Source: Octopus vulgaris
Taxonomy: Eukaryota
Length of the DNA stretch: 64,000 nucleotides
Reading direction: 5' to 3'
Assembly: GCA_951406725.2 (NCBI GenBank)
Contig: OX597815.1
Span: forward strand, 20,398,001-20,462,000
Within the stretch, counting starts at the first letter, position 1. Each line of letters opens with the position of its first letter. Below, in pieces: positions 13,289 to 25,583 of this stretch. The notes under the pieces are model-generated. The model saw nothing but the letters and a program-made list of their open reading frames with translations. It had not been told where the DNA came from and ran no database searches. A program made the position numbers and the translations under genes.

Positions 13289-16200
13289 GGTTCAAGTGTT
13301 GGGGGTAATTATTAAGCATTTACATTAACGTCTACATACCTGAGGGTCTTGTTTACTGTGTACTGTGTGATGTATATAAAACACACCTTTTACACTCAAA
13401 ATAATAAAAATAATAATAAATAAGAGATATAAATATATTTCACAGAATGTTTATAAACAATTTTAAGGCAAGTGTAGGAGCAGGAAAAAAAAATTATCTG
13501 TACAAAATAGTCAATATAAATGCTGGTTGGTTGATTTCTCCAGTCCAGTCCTGCTTGTATAGCAAGAGAAGGAGAGAGAAAGTAAAAGAATGATATAGAG
13601 AGACAGTTACTATAAGAGGTGCAGGATGAGTGCATATACAAGACTTGGTGGTAGGAGGCAGAAGGGAGGAATAAATGACCGAGTAGTTAAGAGGGGAGTT
13701 ATGAGATTTTAAGGTAATAAATACTATTCTTATGAAAACTAGAATTTGTTTCATCATTTCGTATGAGCACCAAGAAATTTGATAAAAAGTTAAATTCTTA
13801 TTGTATGGATGTCATATTTCTTGATATTACCCATATTGGTAAAAGTATACTTCTTAAGTTACTCATCATTTGACAAATAACACTCTAGTATTCATATAAT
13901 GCTATATATGAGAAAGTATGGTCATTGAGGGAGGCAGAGTTATGTGCTTTGCTCAGAAGCAGACCACAAAATATCTGTAAGAGTTAAACCAGGTATTCTC
14001 TATTACAAAAGGGATATTTTGAGTCCTGCAAATGATATGAGATAGTCCAAAGTTATGAAATATCCTAAATAGCGTATCTTTCTCTGTAGAAATAATTGTC
14101 CCACTAGTATAGACGTGTTACACTCTACAGAGCACAATTAATAGTAACCATTTTGAGTTTGAAGACTCATGAATAACTTTTATTTTCCTCGCAGAGTTCG
14201 GAGGGGTAAACAATACTTGTAACTTCCAAAATTGCTGAGATTAACATTGTTAAAGTTCCATTTAAACTGTTGCAAGTGAATATGGTAACACATGAGCAAA
14301 GTGACAGTTCTAGAGAGCCAGTTTTTTTGCATAGGAAGGACTGCTTAAAGTGGTTTGTGTGGGGCTAGTAGGGATGGGTACAACAAGGGTGATTAGAAGT
14401 GGAAAGCTGAATGGGACAGGGGTAACTGAATGGTGGACATTTCAGTTCAGCCAGTTCTGAGAAATGGGGGCCATTATTGTAGCAATAGAAAAGACAAACA
14501 GGAGACAGTATGTCCTGTGGTCCTATGATTGAAGCATGTTCATGAGTGATTGTCAGTCAGTTAAGTGACTCTTCTCTGGATGTGGTCCAAATTGTCTATG
14601 TTCGTTGCTGCAGCACAATTCCAGATGTGGGAGTAGTACTTACATTTTGTAAAGTGAAATAATTTCTGACCCTGGAGAAAATTGCCAATCTTATGGATAT
14701 AGTCCTAGCTATGCTAAAACAATGCTTTTGCCAGAAGAGATCTTCGGCAATGTGTGGCTCCAGCATTTGGAGTGACTGAGGGCTCTAGCTGCAACTGATT
14801 TGATGTGGTGAGGTGGTATTTTCTTAATATTCCTCAATTTTTATTTTGCTCTTAAAAGGAACAAAGTTGGCATGGCACCACTGAAGGATGCTCTCAAGAT
14901 CTCTATTTATGAAATCAATGCAGGTTTGGTGCGAAGTGTCTAGGGACCATGCAGTTGATGCATGACTGGGAAAATTAGAGAAAACTGAAAGGTCATGTCA
15001 TCTGCATAAGAATGGCCTTGTTGGATCTGGTGGTATATTGGTCATTGAAGGAAGGAAAATTAGGAACGAAACCAACCCCAAAGGAACTGCAGAGAGGGAA
15101 ACAGAAAGCACTGTCAACACATGCTGTAATGACACAATCAGACAGGAAGATACCAATCTAAGAGATGAGGGACGGGTGGAGTCCAAAGGCAAAAAGTTTT
15201 GGTTCATGTGCTTGCCAGACACCCAGTTCGTGGAATATTGAATATTAAGTTTTCATACATAGAGACCCTTAAGAAATAAAATACTTAAGTTCTATTTCTA
15301 CAGTGGTTGTAAGATTCTGTGCTGAACCACTAACTGCTGCATGATTTAAGTCTTAACTGAAACTATTGTGTTGTGCTATTAAGCAAGGCACATAACTCTG
15401 CCAACACCAATTTGACTGACAAGTAAAAAAAAAAAAGGGTCCACTTCTATTTCACAGTTGTGTAAGGTGGCAGTTTGGCAGAGTTGCTATAGTGGGAGAT
15501 AGAATACCTCATAGCACTTGTTCTAACTCTCTGCACTCTGAATTTACGGCACCATTGCCTTTCACTTGGGATTATTAAATGAAGTGCCATTGAAGAGCAA
15601 TGGAATTGGTAGAATTGTTAGAGCATTGAGATGCTTTGTAGTATTTGTTTTTGGCTTCTTGTGTTGTGACAGTATTACCTGTGACAAGACTGGTGCTAAG
15701 CTAACTTTACACTTGGGTAAAGTAGCATTAGTGGGTCTGAATAGAAGAGGTTTGCAAGCATGAACAACTGCCATCATCATCAAAGCGGACGCTAAACGAT
15801 GATATATAACAGAGATGCTGTTGTTTGTGTAATAGTGAAAGAAGTTCAGGTGGTAATATGAAAAATTGTTGAAAAAGGATCTAGAAAATATTGAAATATT
15901 GTATGAAACTTTCACATCATGAGTGTGCATGTTCAAATCACTTTGGGGTTACCAATAAGTATATTGAGAATATACTTTCCCATTTATTGTTTAGTATAGA
16001 ATCTTACCAGTGTTTTCTGAATTTCTAAATTTCTGAATAAAAAGTTTCACTCCCACTCATTCAGGCATGTGAGAGTGAGACTTTCCTTCATTATTATACA
16101 AACTGTATGGTCAGAAACTTTGTTTTTCAAAGCCAGTGTGAAATTAATTTGAATCAAGTATAATAGCCAAATAAGAAATTGTTCTTTGTAGTGGCTGTAA

Positions 16201-17204
16201 CACCATGATAAAATGTTCCCAGTACTCTTTGTAAAGTAGATGTTGCTAGGAAGGTCATCCAGGAGTATAAACCATGTCAAATAGAGCATAAGAGCTAGGT
16301 ACATTCCTCTGATATGACTAGGAGCATAGTAGCTCCAGATAAGAACTGGCTTGGACAATGACAGCCCATCAAAAACATGGAGGTATGGAAAGCAGATGTA
16401 AAATGATAATGGTGATGAAGTTCAGTGTTTTTGAATATCCTGATAAATGTAGGAACAGCCAGTGCCAGAAGTGCACTAATTTGGCTGATCATCTGTTTTT
16501 GATGCAGTCATTCTCACTTAGTCCAAGTATCTGCATCTTTGCTTCATATTCAGTACTATATACAGTACTATATTCAATTTTTTTCTTAATATATCATTGG
16601 TCCTCCTGTCTGTTGACATATTGGCAAAGTACCAGAAATATTTGTTCAACAAGAATATAATATTGATCTATTTAATTTGGTGATAAAACAACGAAATCAG
16701 ATCAATGTGTCTATTTCAATTTTTATTAAATAGAATAATGTTGCACACTCGCATGTGGCTTGTGTGCACATGCATGCACACACACACACACATTCAATAG
16801 AATTTTGGGTGTGATATCAATTTGAATTTAAATTGTCTCAAAAAATTAACCTGACAGAAATATTGAATATTTTTTTTTAGCTTTAGACACATCTATTGTC
16901 TCTATTATTTAGTATGTCTAATTACACTGCTAAGTAATATACGGTGGGTATTTTTGAATGATGATGATGATGAGGGAGGTTGAAGTGTTAGTAAAATACA
17001 CACCTACAATTAAAATGTGTTTTGTATTCTACTTGATCGTTGTAATCAGTTCTCTGTTTGACAACTTGACACTACAAGTGTAATATTACAAATTTTTTTC
17101 TACATGAATGTTTCTCCCCACCCCCACTGTATATCTGTATGTGTGGGTGTGTGAAGTAGTTCTGGAAGTTAAACCAGTCCATTTTCTTTCTTGGAGTATT
17201 GATA

Positions 17205-17239
<35 letters not shown>

Positions 17240-18959
17240 CGTTTGGAAGTGATGTACCATTAATAAATCAACCGACCATTGTTGGTGTGACTACGACAAT
17301 GCAGATTTCAGTATAGATGCAAATATTGATCTCCTTAAAAATTACATGATACCTACAACTGATATCACATACTTCAACAGTTGAATTGTCTTTTTTTCCT
17401 AAAATTATTTCTTCTCAGCATCCATATGTTTGGTGATGCACACATTTCCCAAGATTCCTTGCCTATGAGAAATGGTTCATTAGAACTTGATATTCATTCT
17501 TCCACATTGCTTCAGGTTTCCCTTCACTTTATCCATCAAACAGTGCAAGTATATTCTTGATATAAGATGTTGGGCACATGATATTTTTTACAGTAAGGAT
17601 TTACTTGGCTGATTTAAACACTAACATGATTTCTGTAACTGACCAACCTCTGTAGTACACATTTAAATACAAATGATGCTTGTTGTTCTGTGAGCTAGTG
17701 TCAAAGGTGCATCCACTATTTTCTATAAAACTATTTCAGGAATGTTTCATAAAATTGATCCTATTGCATGATATGTAAAGTTAATTACAACATTATTGGT
17801 AGAATGGCTACTACTAAGGCATGATGGGAACATTGAGCCTTGTCGACATTTGCCAGATAAAAATCAAGTGTTTGCACACGATGTTCACTGTGATTAAAAT
17901 TTAACTCCATTGTAGTTTAACTCCTATAAGAATTTGCTTTTAAATAATATTCATTATTATTTTTCATCCCCTTTTTATCCAAGAATTTTTTTTAAAAGTT
18001 GAGTTTTCCTGTTCTGCTGATTTTCATAATGTTGGATCTCTTGATATATAAAGTTGTTTAATTTTATCTAATTATATTGTTTCTTAGTTTTGCTAATGAA
18101 GAAAGTAAGCTCAGTTTGATAAGAAATTGAATTTACCATTTCCGAGTTTGTGCTTGACATAAGTCTTTTTTTTATTATATTTAATGATTTCGTACACAAA
18201 AATGTTGTTGGAATGTGTTGGGCTTAAGCTGCACAGATATGATGTATTTAGAATATAATAATTTCATATTTGCATTTTGTGTACAATAACATCATTGATT
18301 ACATGCTTCCAATGGACCTCATTATTTCACTATATTTACAAATTACTATCAATGTGATATAGAGGGAGTAAATACTATACAAGGTATTTTTGTTTGAACA
18401 CACCTGTTAATCAGGTTTCTCACTACTGTTAACATCATTTGCTGACATAGACACACACACACAGCATTATGGGTATTACTTTCTTGAACTCCCTCTTATA
18501 GATAATTCAATTTAATCTGCTGAATCTTTCTTGTGTTTTTGAGTATAGCAGTTCACTCTACATTGCCTCAATTCACTTAGACTTCAGGAAATGGTATAGA
18601 TCATCCGGTATGTTAGATGTGATAAACTGGTATCCTATATAGGTGTAGATATTTCCTTCATCTGCTTCATACATGATACTGAAGTTTAGGAAACATTTAC
18701 ATATATCACAGCTACATAGTTTCTCCACTCTGTACATCTTCAGAGAAGTATTAAAAAAACAATTAGAATTTCATTCATGTAACTGGTGTAAGAACATATT
18801 GAATTGTTATGCTTTGGATCTGAAATTCCATCATCAAAATTCTAGATACTGAACTCAAAGTGGAAATATTAAAATTAGGGTTGTTGACTTGGGTGACAAG
18901 AAATTTGACAAAAAGTGAATTACAATTTCCCTCACAACTTGGAATTGAGTTTTGCTGTC

Positions 18960-19185
18960 ACTTAGTCCTTTAGCATTTAAACTGGTCATATCAGGCACAA
19001 ATATTCTACCAGCTTAATGTTGAAATTGTCCTGATCAGGTATCTTACACCTCCCTATAATGTCAGTTCAAAAATAAACACATATCATTGATGTTTTGAAA
19101 CTATAATACAATGTATGGCTAATTCAAAACAGCATGAATAAATATTACATTTCACAGAGTAATTTGAATGTTAAATAAAGGGTTG
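18960..19185. mobile_element. Degenerate piggyBac-like MITE
   Basis: cctttagcatttaaactgg ... taaagggttgaa, similar to the 5220 copy. Confidence 0.6.
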
Positions 19186-21311
19186 AACTTTCATATAAAT
19201 TGTGTGGGATTTTAAAAGTTATTCTCAAACCATCTGTAATAGTTGGTGTGAATAGGTGTTTAGAATGTACATATATGTGTGTATGTGTGTATAAATACAT
19301 GCGTGTATACATTCCAACACATTGTCATTGTATAGAAATAAAATGGAAAGTTAGTTGCAGCTCTATGAATTTACAAATGGCAATGATTTATCACATTAAC
19401 ACAAGACTAGGAATTTGAAGAGGGGGTATATGGGGTATATTTGATAGAATTTACCCCAGTGTTTATAACTAGTATTTATTTTATTGAGGGATGGAAGGTA
19501 GAGTCTGGTCAAAGTGGAATTTGAATCCAGAATGTAAAATGGATTAAATACCACAAGGCTTTTTAGGTACCATTTTACTATTTCATCATTCCACCACCTC
19601 TATCAAATGACAGTAACAACATAAGATGGTATACATAGAAGTAATAGCAAAGTTATGGTAGAGATAAAATAGCAAGAATACACTGGCAAATAAGTACACA
19701 CCAGGGTGTATGTATTTGTTTACTTTTCAAAAAAAACAAAACCCCAGAAAGATGCCTTGAGTGAATCCATGAGCAGGTTTGTAGAGAGTGTCTGTATATG
19801 GGTATATTAACTAGAACATTCATATGTCCATACAGTTGTACTTGTATTGAGACAACCATGACTGTTAGTGATTGTGTTTTACATATACACACTATGTACA
19901 GTGAACCCTATCTACTGTTGAAATTGTGAAACGGTTGGTTAAATGAGCAGAGAAAGTATAGAGTTATGAGGTCTCACTAGCCCTGTCTCACTGAGACCTA
20001 TTCAACCTTCCTAGAGCTGGTGTTATGAGAAAATGCACCAGTACATCCTGTAAAGTCTTAGGAGGGGCATGCAGCTTTAGAAACCAGGCCACATGGGAAG
20101 TGGCTCAAACTGTGATGACCTGTCCAAGTAAAGCAAGCATGGAAAACACATGTAAAGTTATATATATATATATATATACATATACATATTAGAGGGAAAC
20201 CACTGTGGACACCCTTATGCTAGAAATAGATCCGCTATGGTCTTACCACTAACAAATGTTCTCAATAAAAATTTAGCAAAACAACCAAAAAAAAAAGCAA
20301 TAAAAATATGGATTATTCGCATACATGTTTCACTATTAACATATTACGTAATTTTACTTACATAAATGTTCGTAGATCATCGGTGCGACTGTCCAGATGA
20401 ATATAATTTATAGGACTGCATACTAGGATGTCTGCACAAAGTTAGATTTGTAAACAGTTCTACCTATTACACTCGTGGTTACTATTTCACATGTCCCCGT
20501 TTTGGTGCGCTAAATTTAAAGTTATATATATATATGTAATAGGCTTTGTAAAGTTTCTGTCTATTGAATTCAATCACAAGAGATGTTGGTTGATTTGAAG
20601 TATAGTAGAAGCAGGGTGCTCTGCAGTGGAGCTGAACCTAAACTATGTTGTTATGGAGTGAACTTCTTAATCATGCACCTTTCCCTGCACCTATAAATTA
20701 GGAGTTTTTATATGTGTGTGTGTGTGTGTGACTGCTAAACTGAATTAATCTCCTTGTATATTAGATATTTATAAAGTTTATAACACATAGAGTTATTATA
20801 ATTAGAAAGTACACTTTCTGGAAGCTATATGCAACACAGAAAATAGAAAAAAAAATGGTGTAAAATTGTAGCTCATATTTCTATCTCTAATTAACATTTG
20901 AAATGTGTATTTAGAAAAAGTTACCTCTCACGTTTAATTCTGTTTGTGTAAAACCTCCACCAAAATGTGTGTGTGTGTGTTTGAACTAATAAAGTACCTA
21001 GAAATTTGAAAGTAAATTATCTAATAATGACTCACTCTTTAATTGTTATTATCTACATTTTTATGTTTTAATAACTTGAATAAAAATTGTCATTTTGTTA
21101 GAAACTATAAAGTGTATTTATTTGCCTGAATTTGAAGTATTTTCACCTTGATTTGTAAATTATCTTTGTATCTTGGTGTGATTACCTCTATATAATTTGT
21201 GAATGTGCCCCCTTTCAAATAAGTAAATTTCTATATATATATATATATATATATTACGGAGATGTACTCGCATAGCAAGTAATTTGATCTGAGATCGTGT
21301 GCTGAAACGAA

Positions 21312-21554
21312 AACAATTGCAGTGTGGAAGGTGTTTATAAGCCATTTAAGAAACACACAAAAGCCGTTCGATTCACTTCAACATTTAAGTTTAATTTGTC
21401 AAAATATTTTCTGCACGGATTTTTGTCAGTGAACAGGTCGCGGATTTTAGCGACGGAAATATTTTGACAAATTAAACTTAAATGTTGAAGTGAATCGAAC
21501 GGCTTTTGTGTGTTTCTTAAATGGCTTATAAACACCTTCCATGCTGCAATTGTT
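21312..21554. repeat. 98-bp inverted repeat with 47-bp spacer, inside (TA)n
   Basis: 21312-21409 is the reverse complement of 21457-21554 with two mismatches. Confidence 0.92.
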
Positions 21555-22292
21555 ATATATATATATATATATATTCAGGATGTGAAATGTTATTTAATTT
21601 ATTTTTACCATATCTACTTTAAAATACATCAGGTGTTGATAAAATAAGAACCTTTAATATATTCAGTGAAGTTAACTAGAATTTTACGCTTCTTTTCAAA
21701 GAAATAAAAGAATTCTCTGTCTCTTCTTTTGAGCATTTCTGTGGTGTCTTGATATCTCTAGTTTGATTTCCCTTTAGAACTATATCACTTACAGTGTTAT
21801 TGTAGTATGAACTCACAACCCCAAATCCATATGATATCTGTGTTGACATAAACATTAACTGTCATGATAAATTATTAACCAGGTAGAGTTTATGTTAATT
21901 ATCATATCAAGTATTTCTGACTTATCTGAAATGGGTTGTCATAAAGCATTTTATATGTACATTTAGATAACGATGCTGGAATTAGAACAAAGGAAAAATA
22001 TATGAGAACAACATAGCATTTAAATATTGGAGAAATTTTCTCAAGAAGTTGAGGATTCTAAATTTAGATAATACAAATAGACAATTTTCTTTGCCTAAAC
22101 TGTCTTCCAGAGTTTTCCTGTGTAGAGAAAAGAAGACTTAACATAGCTTATAGAATGTGATCAGACTCATTTAAACAAAACAAAAGGTTCTATAAATATC
22201 TAAAATATTTATGTATTTTTGACTCTATAATTTTATGAAAAGGACAAGAAAACCTACAGTGTAGTTATAATTTATATATAATAAATTGTTGT

Positions 22293-22612
22293 GAGGGCCT
22301 GTGGCTAAGTGTTTAGGGTGTTCAGCTCAAGTTTGTAAGGTATGAGTTTGATACCTGGTTGTGCAGTGTGTTCTTGAGCAAGACACTTTATTTCACATTG
22401 CTCCAGTTCATTCAGCTGGTATAAATGAATAATACCTGTATTTCAAAGGGCCAGCCTTGTCGCATTGTGTCTTGCTGAATCTCCTCAAGAACTATGTTAA
22501 GGGTATGCATGTCTGTGGAGCACTCAGCCACTTGCACATTAATTTCATGAGCACATTGTTCCATTGATTGGATCAACTGAAATCCTTGTTGTTGTAACTG
22601 ATGGAGTGGCAG
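22293..22612 (+). mobile_element. Older tRNA-SINE related to family 2
   Basis: shares aaagggccagccttgtc...aactatgttaaggg...ctcagccacttgcac body with 1396-1783. Confidence 0.8.
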
Positions 22613-23977
22613 TTATTATAGTTACAAAATAAATTGTTCAAACTTTAAATCAAAATCTAAATTTTGGCATAAAAAAATGTCTTTTTCACATACATGATGG
22701 AATGCAAGATGTTCTTAGATTGCCATTCCACTGTTATAATAGTCTTACCATTAAGCATTCTTCTTATGTCAAGCTTTTATGAAGTCAAACTCCTAAAACA
22801 GTCTACTCACTTTAGATATTGTTTGGTATTGATATTTTGCAAAATGCTGCTGCTGTGATGTTATATCAAAAACTTGCTATAACTTTATCTTTTATTCAGT
22901 TAGGTAGTATTATGTCTATTCTGTATTTTTATTTCAACTTTTACCGTTTATTTCCTGTTTGTATGCAATTTTACATAAAAAGGAAAATATTGTGATGTAA
23001 GATCAACAGTCAGTTTAGACATTTTTCTTGTGTAAGTGGACAGTGGAATAATTTAAAATATTGAATGAGATACGTTTTGGTTTTCTAGGTGTGAAGTGAT
23101 AAGCTCCAAAAGAAACAGTAAAAATATGGACAAAGATATTTTGACTATCTTATATTGTATAGTATGCCAGACAAATGATCTGTGTGTTTGTTTTGGAAAC
23201 ATATTTGTGAAGTTCTTAGTAATTATAAACCAGAAGAAATTTTGCTCAAAAAAGTCAAAAATTTGCTGAAGATAATTCCTAAGAAGCTGAGTGGTATGTG
23301 TTATGTTCTAAATTAAACTATTGCTGAGTGTATTTTATAGGGATGTCAGATATAATGTGATATCTTAAAATTACTTGCTTCTCTTCTCTTCTGCACAAAA
23401 TGGAATATTTTAAAGTTTTAAACATTTTATTGGCAGAAGATAGAGATAGCTCATTACTTCAAAAATGAAATATAATTTTTTTTCTCTGTGTGCGTGGTGT
23501 TGTGTGGTGTATGTATCAGTAATTTCTATTTCTTGCCATTCAACTATATTCCTTTCAACAAACTATACAACCTTTTGTGTGTCTGGAATACCAAGTATAA
23601 AACAAATAATTTTTCAAGTTAATTTAGTTCCCCAGAAGTTTGTCACATTGGTTTCTTTTGTTTTGATAATGGTTTAGTATCTTCTTGAAGAAAATTACCT
23701 GACTAGCCTTTTTTCTAAAAAATCCTTTATCTACTTAGTTTTCTAGGATTAGACCTGATAAATTCATGGAGAGGGTTGTAAATTATTTTCTTGTGCTGAC
23801 CTAAAACCTCTCAAAGGCTTCACTCACACTCACTTCTCATATAATCTACAACATATACTCATACGCTCATATTCTAACAAACAATGAATCTTCTGTCTGC
23901 TATGTTTATTAATCATGTTCTGGTAAACTAGTCATTTGATCTGTGCCTCCTATTTTCTCCTGGTGTGTTGGCTGTAG

Positions 23978-24084
23978 GAGAAGGACAAGAAATATTTAAT
24001 TCCTTTAGATGGTATGATGCTGCGTGACCTCGAAGACTCATTTTTACACAAACATATGTTTGCCATATATAGTACCTTGAGCAG
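23978..24084 (+). CDS. DNM: Dynamin PH exon variant B (duplicate, likely mutually exclusive with A): EKDKKYLIPLDGMMLRDLEDSFLHKHMFAIYSTLS(R)
   Basis: gctgtag / gtaggt; 107 nt, phase 0-2, open frame, residue-by-residue homology to variant A. Confidence 0.88.
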
Positions 24085-24718
24085 GTAGGTAAGAGTATTC
24101 TAAATTTTCTTTACTTTTGCTACACCTTGCTATTATTATTATTATTATTATTTAATCTATTGCATAAACTAATATGGTGAAACTTATACAAGAGATATTC
24201 AGCCGTCTCTTATATTTCTGCTAATTAAAATTTTTAATCAATACTTTTAAATTACACTGATTTGTATGTTGTATTTTCTGGGTTATAAATTGGTGTTGAA
24301 TTTGTAACAAGTTTTAATCATCTAATTATTTCTTGACTGTTCTTGCTTTCATGTTACAGATATCATTACTGTTGCTTCATGCTCGAATACATTGGTTCAA
24401 TCTACTAAAACAAATGAACCTGAAAATAATTGTCATTCTTTTAATTCATTTAGATTGAGAATTCTTTCATTCATCATCGTCATTATTGCCATTATTATGT
24501 TAATTATTTTATTTGGTTTTCCATGTGGTATAAGTTGTACAAGTCATCAGTACACTCTTTGATCACTCTCGAATCTGTAATGCAGTTTGTGATAACTGAT
24601 ATCTTGAAATCTGACATCGCTGGTTATTCTGTTCCTTTTCATCTGATGCCATGTGTACCTTCTACTGTTCACATGTAGCAATTTTTCACTGCTAATAACT
24701 AGTCTCATATATACATAT

Positions 24719-24763
<45 letters not shown>

Positions 24764-24766
<3 letters not shown>

Positions 24767-25143
24767 TACCGTCAGAAATTAATTAGCACCCTTGATTTGC
24801 TCTTCACTCAAGGTATGTGCTGTCACCTAGTGGCCATATCTCGAACTATTGCTTTGTTGCGAGTTCACTGTTGCGCAGAACGATGACGTAACTTTGTTTG
24901 CAGAGCAGTTTGAGAGTCTACAGCCTTATGATGTTGACATAGCAGTGCAACAACAACTTGGAGTGCGGATGCAGACAAATCTTCCTTTGTTTAATAGATA
25001 TAGGTAGCGCCTCGCAAGGACCGAAATCACACCATACTAAGTTTTCTCATCGCATAAGATGTTTTGAACAGCTCATAGGTTAATTGATTTAACCTATTTA
25101 ATGTAGAAATTTGAGAAGTGCTAATTAATTTCTGACGCAAGTG
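24764..25143. mobile_element. Tc1/mariner-like MITE in a TA microsatellite
   Basis: TIRs cactaccgtcagaaattaattagcac / gtgctaattaatttctgacgcaagtg, flanked by TA. Confidence 0.8.
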
Positions 25144-25186
25144 TATATACACACACACACACACACGCATATGTATATACATATGT

Positions 25187-25403
25187 GGAAGCGTGTGGCT
25201 TATTGGTTAGGGTGTCAGCATCATGATTGTAAGATTGTGGTTTCGATTCCTGGACAGGGCGACCTGTTGTGTTCTTGAGCAAAACACTTCATTTTGTGTT
25301 GCTCCAGTCCACTCAGCTGCAAAAATGAGTAATGCTGCGATGGACTGGCGTCCCATCCAGCTGGGGAATACATATGCCATTGAAACCGGGCCCCTGAGCC
25401 TGG
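25187..25403 (+). mobile_element. tRNA-headed SINE
   Basis: A box tggcttattgg, B box ggtttcgattcc, ttgagcaaaacactt core. Confidence 0.75.
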
Positions 25404-25404
25404 C

Positions 25405-25583
25405 TATATATATGCACATATATATATATACACATACATATATATATATATATATGTATATACATACGTACACGTATATACATACATATATATACATGTA
25501 TATACATATATATATATATACACACACACACACATATATATATATATACACACCCACACACACATATATATATATATGTATAT
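25405..25583. repeat. Compound (TA)n/(CA)n microsatellite
   Basis: direct reading; accounts for the YIYI/VCV ORFs. Confidence 0.95.

Noticed and set aside
21980-22020. Third KEKYM-like PH exon copy
   Set aside because: Stop codon within a few codons and no suitable acceptor
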